Positions 1-9,000 of a stretch of DNA of 64,000 nucleotides are shown here, piece by piece. Source of the DNA: a virus. Below the pieces are notes generated by a model, which ran no database searches, was not told the origin of the DNA, and saw only the letters and a program-made list of their open reading frames with translations. The position numbers and the translations under genes were made by a program. Location of the stretch: IMG/VR virus record IMGVR_UViG_3300046777_001606, positions 32,001-96,000 of that record. One strand, given 5' to 3'. Position 1 is the first letter of the stretch. Each line of letters opens with the position of its first letter.

Positions 1-2
1 CT

Positions 3-3000
3 ACTAATGCCTCGTACTATGTTTCATTAGTTAATGCATATGCAGTAAAATTTCATAAGAGTTTTGAAGATGCTAACGCAGGAATTAATACAATTTCATT
101 AACTTCTTATGGAACTGGATCTCATAGAGTTAAATCCAAATTCAAAAAGAAAAAAATTGGAAGTATAAGTGTTAAAGATTCTGGATTTGGATATGAAAAT
201 AAAAAGATTATCGTAAATTCCTCAGGTATTAGTACTTTTAAAAATACATTATATGCGGAAAATCATGGATATTCGACTGGAGAATTAGTCAGATATTTTT
301 CAACAGATTCTACAGTAATTGGTGGATTATCAACATCAACTTCATATTATGTGACTGTAGTTGATGATAATAATTTTAAATTATCTCAGGTTGGTTCTGG
401 ACAAACCACAATTGATTTTTACCAAAAAACAAATCAATTTATAGATCTAACAGACACTGGAACGGGAAATCATATATTTAATTATCCACCTATAGAAGTT
501 TCAATTAAAGGAACTATTGGAGTAACAACTTTCTCTGGACAAAACTTTGAGGCAGTAATTAATCCAGTCTTTAGGGGAGAAATAAAATCTGTATTTGTTC
601 AGAATAAAGGTATTTCGTATGGATCCCAAAGTATTATCAATGATAACCGACAACCAGAATTTATTTTAGATTCTGGTTCGGGAGCTGAAGTTCTACCTGT
701 TATATTAAACGGAGCAATAATCAATGTTATTATTAGATCACCAGGGTCAAATTATAATTCTCCACCAAACTTAGTTGTAACTGGTAAAGGAACTGGTGCG
801 ATTTTAAGCCCAATACTCATTGATGGTAAATTAAAAGGAGTTTATGTTGTATATGGTGGATATGGATACGAAAATGGGTCAACTTTTATCAATGTTACTC
901 CATCAGGAACAGGATGTGAACTGGAAGCACAAATAAAAACATGGACTATTAATAAAGTACAAAGAAATATTACAACCAATCAAATTAGTGATGATGATGG
1001 ATTTATTGATAATGGAACCAATACTGACTATGGTCTCCAATATAGTCATGCATATGCACCAAGAACTTTAAGAAGACGTATTCTTTCTTCCAAAATCCAA
1101 AATGGTCAGTATGTTTTTTCACCAGATTTACAATTATCATCTGGTATTGAAATAGCATCATCTTCACACTCGCCAATTATTGGATACGCTTATGATGGAA
1201 ATCCAATATATGGTCCATATGGATATGATACTCCAGAGGGTGGAACAATTAGATCAATGATATCTAGTTATGAGCAATCTCTAAGTATTGAAAGACCAGA
1301 TACCAATTTATATCCTGCGGGGTTCTTTATTGAAGATTTTGTTTATACTGGTTCGGGTGATTTAGATGAACATAATGGAAGATATTGCGTAACTCCAGAA
1401 TATCCAAATGGTGTTTATGCTTATTTTGCAACTATATTTAATGGATCGCCAGATGGTTCTGGAATATTTGTAAGATACAAGAGACCTGTATTCCCATATT
1501 TTATTGGAGATTCTTATAAGTCAAAGCCAATTGATTTTAACTTTGATTATAGATCAAACCAAGATTTAACAGATATTAATGCTACAGGATGGGTACGAAA
1601 TACAACACCATATGGACTTTTAAAGTCAAAAACATCTTATGAATATGTAATTAACCCAACTAAAATAAAACAGCAGAAGACATACATCCAAGGTACTTCA
1701 AGAGGATCTGTAGATAGTATCGGTATTCTTACTGCTGGAAATTTATATCAGGTTAATGATAAAATTGTATTTGATCCCACCGTTCAGTCCAATATCAAAG
1801 CATCCGCAAAGGTATCTAAAGTTAAAGGTTCTTTTGTAACAACAGTTAGTTTAGCATCGTCGGTAACTAACGCGGAATTTATTTTATATAACTCAGGAAC
1901 AAATCTCATTGGTTTTACATCTTCACCTCATGGATTTTCTAACAATGATATTGTTAATGTTGTTATAAACGACAAAGAACAAAAAACTGGAAATATTAAA
2001 ACATCAACAAATAATCTGTACTTAACTGCAGGAGTTCCTATTCCTAGTGTAACAGGAGCAGTAACTTATTTCAAAGTAACTGGTAATTTAAATTATCCAA
2101 ACATAAAAGAAAATGATATTTACATTATCAATAATAAAGAACAAGTAAAAGTTTTAGAAATAGATGCAAAATCTTCTAGAATTAAAGTTCTGAGAAATAT
2201 TACTTCAGCTGGTGGTATAACATCATATTCATCTTCTCAAAGATTGATTGAAAAAACAAGAAGACTTCAAATTGATTTGGGAATTTCAACTACTTATCAG
2301 TATAATTTAAATAAAGAAATTTATTTTAACCCCAGAGAAGCACTGGGAATCGGAACAACATCCGGAGTAGGGATTACAACTACATTGCAATTTAGTGACC
2401 CTGGTGTTGGAATTGCTAGTATTACAATACCAACAAGAGCAATCTATCTTCCAAATCATGGATTGGAGACAAATACTGAACTAATTTATTCCGCTAATAG
2501 TGGAACTCCAATTTCAATATCTACAAATGGATCTGTTTCCTATCAAATTCCAGATAACTCAATAGTTTACTGTGCAAAATTTTCCAACGATTTGATCGGA
2601 ATTTCTACAACAAAATTGGGTATTGGTAGTACGGGGTCTTTTGTTGGGTTAGGATCAGAAGTTTCATATTTGATGTATTTTATTGCTACAGGTGTTGGAA
2701 ACACTCATAGCTTTAAAACTAATTATCCTAATGTATTAAAAGGAAAAATTACAAGAAATGTTGTTACAGTATCAACAGCATCTTCGCACGGATTGAGTAT
2801 AGACGATAAAATTGATTTAACTTGTATTGCAGGAATAACCACAAACGTTAAGATTGTATATAATGATTTTAATAGAAGACTTTTAGTAAATCCAAGAAAT
2901 TTTGTTGCATCTGATATTGACGTACAAAACGATATTATCACAATTCCAAACCATCAATATACGATGGGACAAAAAATTATTCACACATCAACTTCGCCAG

Positions 3001-6000
3001 CTAGTGGACTGTCAAATAATAAAATTTATTATGCAATTGTAGTTGATAAAGATAGAATAAAGTTGGCAGATACTTATTATGACTCTACAAATAAAATTCC
3101 AGCAACTGTAGGAATTGCTTCAACTTCTTTTGGAACAATTGCTGCTGTTAACCCACCAATAAAAATTGCAAGAAATCAAAATATTGTATTTGATGTTTCA
3201 GATTCTTCGTTATCTTTCATTAAAGATAATTTACAGTATTCTGCATTTGATCTGAATTTTTACGAAGACAGTAATTTTAGAAATCCATATCTTAAGAGTC
3301 CATCATCTGCAACTTTTGATGTTATAAAATCTGGAAATATTGGTATTGACTCTACGGCAAAAGTAACTCTTAATATTAAGCAAGATACTCCACAAAATCT
3401 TTATTATCAGTTAGAAGTAGTCAATAAAAATATTAATACTCAGATTAAAAAGGACTTATTTATTGATAACGAACTTGTTAATAATAACAATACATTAATT
3501 TTAGTTGATAGTAAGTATAATGGAACTCATACTGTAAGTGGAGTAACGTCAACTGCATTCACATTTAATATCGCAGAAACTCCAGAAGTTGGAAGTTATT
3601 CTTATATACAATCTAATTTATCGTACATTACGTCATCAGAAACTGCCTTTGGATCTATTGAAAAGATAACTATTTTAGATAGTGGATTTGGTTATGAAAT
3701 CGTTCCTAAAGTTTCTGAAATTATTTCGGATTATGGATTCGGGGCTCTTTTATATCCAAAGAGCGAGACAATAGGAAATATTAAAACTTCTAAAATTGCA
3801 GATATTGGATTTGATTATTCTGCAGATCTAACAATTAGACCATCTAGTAAGTTTCCAGATCTAATTAAAATTTCTCCATTAACTTCGTTTGAATCAATCG
3901 GAGTTACTACATCTGGTAGAAGATATTCAACGGTTCCAGATTTAATTGTTTTAGATGGATATACTGGAGAACTTGTAGATGATGTTGAATTATCATATGA
4001 TATTCGTAATAAAAAAGTCGAAATTATTACAAATACAAAATCTCTTTATAATGTTGAGCCTAGAATTATACCTATTAATAATTCTAATGGTGTTGGTATC
4101 AGTTCCGTATTTTTTGATACATCTTCAAAAGATGTAATTGTAACCTTGGGTTCTAGTTTCAGCAATGCCGCAGATTTCCCATTTGATATAGGCAGTAAAG
4201 TATTTGTTGAGGGTATTAGTGTTGGTGTAAATTCAACCGGTAAAGGATATAATTCTGATGGATATCAATATCAACTTTTTACAGTTACAAATACTGATCC
4301 AAATATTGGAGGAGCGGATCCTACTGTAACATACAACCTTACCGAATTCTTAGGGGTCGGAGAATTACCCGGAAGATATGATAGGGTTAATTCTGTAGGT
4401 AGAATTATACCAGAATTCCAATTAGCTAAATTTAATTCTGTTCTTGTTGATCCAAAAGAAATTGTTTATTTTGTTGGTGAAGAAATTTCTTCCACAGACA
4501 ATACAGGAATTGTAAACTCTATTGATACTAGGACTGATTTAATTAAGGTAACTTCAGGTGGAAATTTCTATATTGGAGATTTGCTTGAAGGTAAAACATC
4601 TGGAACTTTGGGTTATATTATTGATATTAAAAAATTTGAATCGAATTATGATGTTTTCCCAACAAGTTTAGTTAGAAAAGGTTGGAAAAAAGAAACTGGA
4701 ACTTTAAATAACTCATTCCAAAGAATCCATGATAGTGATTATCATCAGTATTTTTCGTATTCAGTAAAATCTCCAATTCCATACGATACTTGGAATGACG
4801 CGGTTAGCGCATTAAATCATACATCAGGATTTAAAAAGTTTAGTGATTTGATTATTGAAACAAATAACTTTGTGGGAATTGATACCAATCAAGATAATGC
4901 AACATTTGTTAGAATTGACTTTATTTCCGAAATGGACTTGAATTGTGTGACGGATTTTGATCTAGCTACAGAAAATAGTCTTCTTGTTAAAAATAAATAT
5001 GTTTCCAATGAAATAAGACCAATATCAAGAATTTTACTTGATTATCAACAGTCAATTAATAACAGAGTTTTAACAATTGATGATATTGGACCACAATTTA
5101 ATTCTGCAGAAAGATTTAATAAGTACACTATAATTGATAGCTTTGATTTATTTACTAATAATACATATAGAGCTAGAAAATACCTTGCATTTATAAGAGA
5201 TAAGAGATTTGTAAACGATAGGGAAGTTTTATTAATTTCTACACTTCATAATTCATTTGAAGGATATGTAACACAATATGGAAGAACAGAAACATCTTAT
5301 GATTTAGGATTTTTTGATTTTCTTGTTTTTGGTACGGTTGGTAATCTTGCATTTTATCCAAGAAAGTTTGCAGTTAATGATTTTGATGTTAATTTACTAA
5401 CCTATGATCTAAGAGACTCATTTGCTGGAATAGCGAGTACAAGTGTTGGAACAATTGCTAATATTAACTCTTCAACTGTTCAAATTGCATCTGGGGTTTC
5501 CACTGCGACTACTATTGTTAGTATTGCATCATCCTATAGATCTGCAAAACTTATTGTAGAGATTTCGGGAATTAATCCAGGAATTTCAAGTACGACTCCA
5601 TATTATTTCAGCGAAATAAGTTTACTTCATGATGGAACAAATGTTTATCAAAGTGAATACGGTAATTTGAGTAATGAACCATTCACTGCATCAGTTGGAG
5701 TTGGAATTTGTACTTTTAATGCATATCTTAGCGGATCTGATATCAAACTAGATTTAATACCAAATGCCGGGTTATCTACAACTATTAACGTTAATACTCT
5801 AGCTGTTTCAATAGGAAATAGCGCATTTACTGGTGTTGGAACTTTTGTCGTAGCAACATCAGAGATTAGTTCAAAATACACTTCAATTGCATCATCAACA
5901 TCACCAATTCAAAATAGCGTAGCTTCTTATTCGTATGATGCATATAGTGGTGGATATTTCATCTTTAGTATTGAAGATACAACAAATAACTCTTATGAGA

Positions 6001-9000
6001 TGTGTGAAGTTGTTGTGTGTAATGATAATACAGAAGCATATATTAATGACTTTGGAAATGTCCAATCAAGTGTTGGTCTTGGAACTTTTGGAGTAGGATT
6101 TAGTACATCACTTATAAACGTTTACTTTACTCCAAATCCAAATATTAACGTTCAAGTAAGAGCATATCAAAACGCTTTAGGGAATTATGACGATCAATAC
6201 CCAACGGAAATTGGATTTACAAATTCATCAATTACTGCAGATTCTGGTGTTTATGTTGGAACAAAACGAGATATTCAAAGAACTTTTAATTTAACTTATA
6301 AAAATAATGATATTTTCCAAAGAGCATTTAGTGGAGAAAGTTCTACAGTTGTTGATCTTACAAAAGATCAAATAAGACTTCCAAATCATTATTTTGTTAC
6401 TGGAGAAGAAGTTACTTATGTTCCTAGAGGAAAAGGAACTGTTGCTCCAATTGGAATTGCAACCACATCAATTCCTGGAATCGGGACTACCGACAAGTTA
6501 CCTTCAACTCTTTACATTGTTAAAGTTGATGAGTTAAACGTTAAAGTTGCAACATCAGCTAGCAATGCACTTAAGACAACTCCAGAGGTTCTTGATTTAA
6601 CTTCAGTTGGAATCGGAACCTCTCATATATTCATATGCAAAAATCAAAATGCTAGGGTTTTAATATCAATTGATAATGTTATTCAATCGCCAATTGTAGC
6701 AGCTGCCATTACTGCTTCATTATCTCAAAGAATAACTCCCGTCGATAATGTTATACAGGTTGTTTCTGGAATTTCATCTTATGCATCTGGAGAATTATTA
6801 AAGATTGATGATGAAATTATGTTGATTGAATCTCTTGGATTTGGTGCAACAAACGCAATACTTGTCCAAAGACCTTGGTTAGGAACTGTTCTTGCTACAC
6901 ACGAAGCAAATTCAGTAATTACTAAAATAACTGGAGATTATAATATTACAAATAATGCTATTAACTTTGTTGATGCTCCATATGGTCTAACACCACTTTC
7001 ATCAACAACCAATATAGCTCCAGAAAGAGATTGGATTGGTATCTCCACAAGATCTTCTTTTAATGGAAGATCTTTCATGAGATCTGGATTTCCAAATGGA
7101 ACTAACACTCCATATGCATTAAATTATGTTTTTGATAACATTTCAGATCAATTTAATGGGTTCTCAACATCATTTATTCTGAAAAATAACAAACAAAATA
7201 TTGCTGGTATTCAAACTAGCAACGCAATAATTCTACTTAAAGACGTATTTCAAGGACCAAATAGGATTGGTGGAGGAACAGTTGATGTAGTTTCAAATTA
7301 TGCGTTAACAGAAAATTCTGGAATTACAACAATAATTTTTAACGCCAGCGCATCACCAACAACTTATGATATTAATAACTCTAACATTCCAGTAGGTGGT
7401 GTTATTATATCTTTGGGATCATCAAGTATTGGGTGGAATGATTATCAAGCTCCTATGGGAGCTGGTGGTACAGCAATTGTCTCTGCTGCAGGAACTATTT
7501 CTGCGGTTCGCATCAATAATGCTGGTGGTGGATACAGAACTGGAATTCAAACCTTTGTTAGGGTTGGCGTTAGAACAAATGCCGAAGCAGGAAAGATTAC
7601 TTATGTTGGATTTGCATCAATTTCGGGAGGAAGAGTTCTTGGTGTAGCAATTACTAATGGTGGTGTTGGATTTGCATCAACCAATCCACCACAAGTAGTT
7701 ATAGAAAAACCTGTTCCCTATTCTAATATTCCATTAATATATTCATCTTCCAATCCTGGTGGTGCAGCGGCTGGAGTTGGAACAGGCGCTAAGATTGATC
7801 TTTATATAAGTCAAGAGGGAGAAGCAAAAGATTGGACTCTCATCAATCTTGGATATGGTTATAAACCTGGGGAAATATTAACTGTAGGTTTAGATACCAG
7901 TGGAGTTTTTGGAATTCCTAAAGAATATCTTGGGCGTTTTGCAGATGGTGGAAATCTTCTTTCTAAGAATAGAGCTTTTGTTCAGGAAGAAGTTGTAGCA
8001 TATGTGGAATTTAACTTCCCAGGAATTTCAACAAGTCCGACTTATGATCGTGCAAAATGTAAGAGAGATGTTGGTTATATTGTTGATGCAATTACATTTG
8101 ACTTAGCTTTTGGTGGAAATTCAGAATCAATTAGCGCAGGATTAGCATATTGGAATGCGGGTGCATCTTATGTTGCAAATGAAAGAGCAGAAACTATTTT
8201 TGCATATGATTATGTTAAGTTCATTGGTCAATATATTATCAACAACCAATCTCCACCAACACTTTATCAATTCCCAATTGTAGAGAATCAGGTTTTTGAT
8301 TTTACATTAATTCAAGATTATGAAAATAATAATGCAAATTATTTTCATAGAAGAAAAGATGCAAGAAATCTTATTGTTGGAAATAGACAGGAAATTATAG
8401 ATAGATCTCTTGCTGCAGTCGCAGTTGGATATACCAATTTCTACTTCCCAGGAGAAGCACAGACTACTCCAAGATCAAGATATTATGATGCACACAGATT
8501 AATTCAACTTAATAAGCAAGAAGTTATTGATAGATCTCTTGCATCCGTAGCAATTGGATATTCTGATTTCTACTTCCCAGGAGATGCTCAAACAACAAAT
8601 AGATCAAGATACTATGATGCATATAGATTAATTCAAAATAATAGATCTGAAATTGTTGGTAGCGCATGGACAGCAGTTTCTACTGCATATCCTGGAGTTA
8701 CAACAACGGCATCAAAATGCCAACGAGATCTTGGATATTTTGTTGATGCAGTTTCTACTGACGTATTTACTGGTGGTAACAATTATGCTAGAGAATTTAC
8801 ATTGCAATATTTTAGCAATGGAAGTTTGATTCCAAATGGAGTTCTTGGCGTTCAAACCGAATCCATTTTTGCTTTCCATTCTGCTCGTGATTTCATGAGA
8901 TTGGCTGTAAGAAATCAATTAACTTACACGGATCTCGGTATTAGTTCTGGTCCTCCAACATATGGAATTGGATCAACCGTTGGAATTGCTAGCACTGCAG

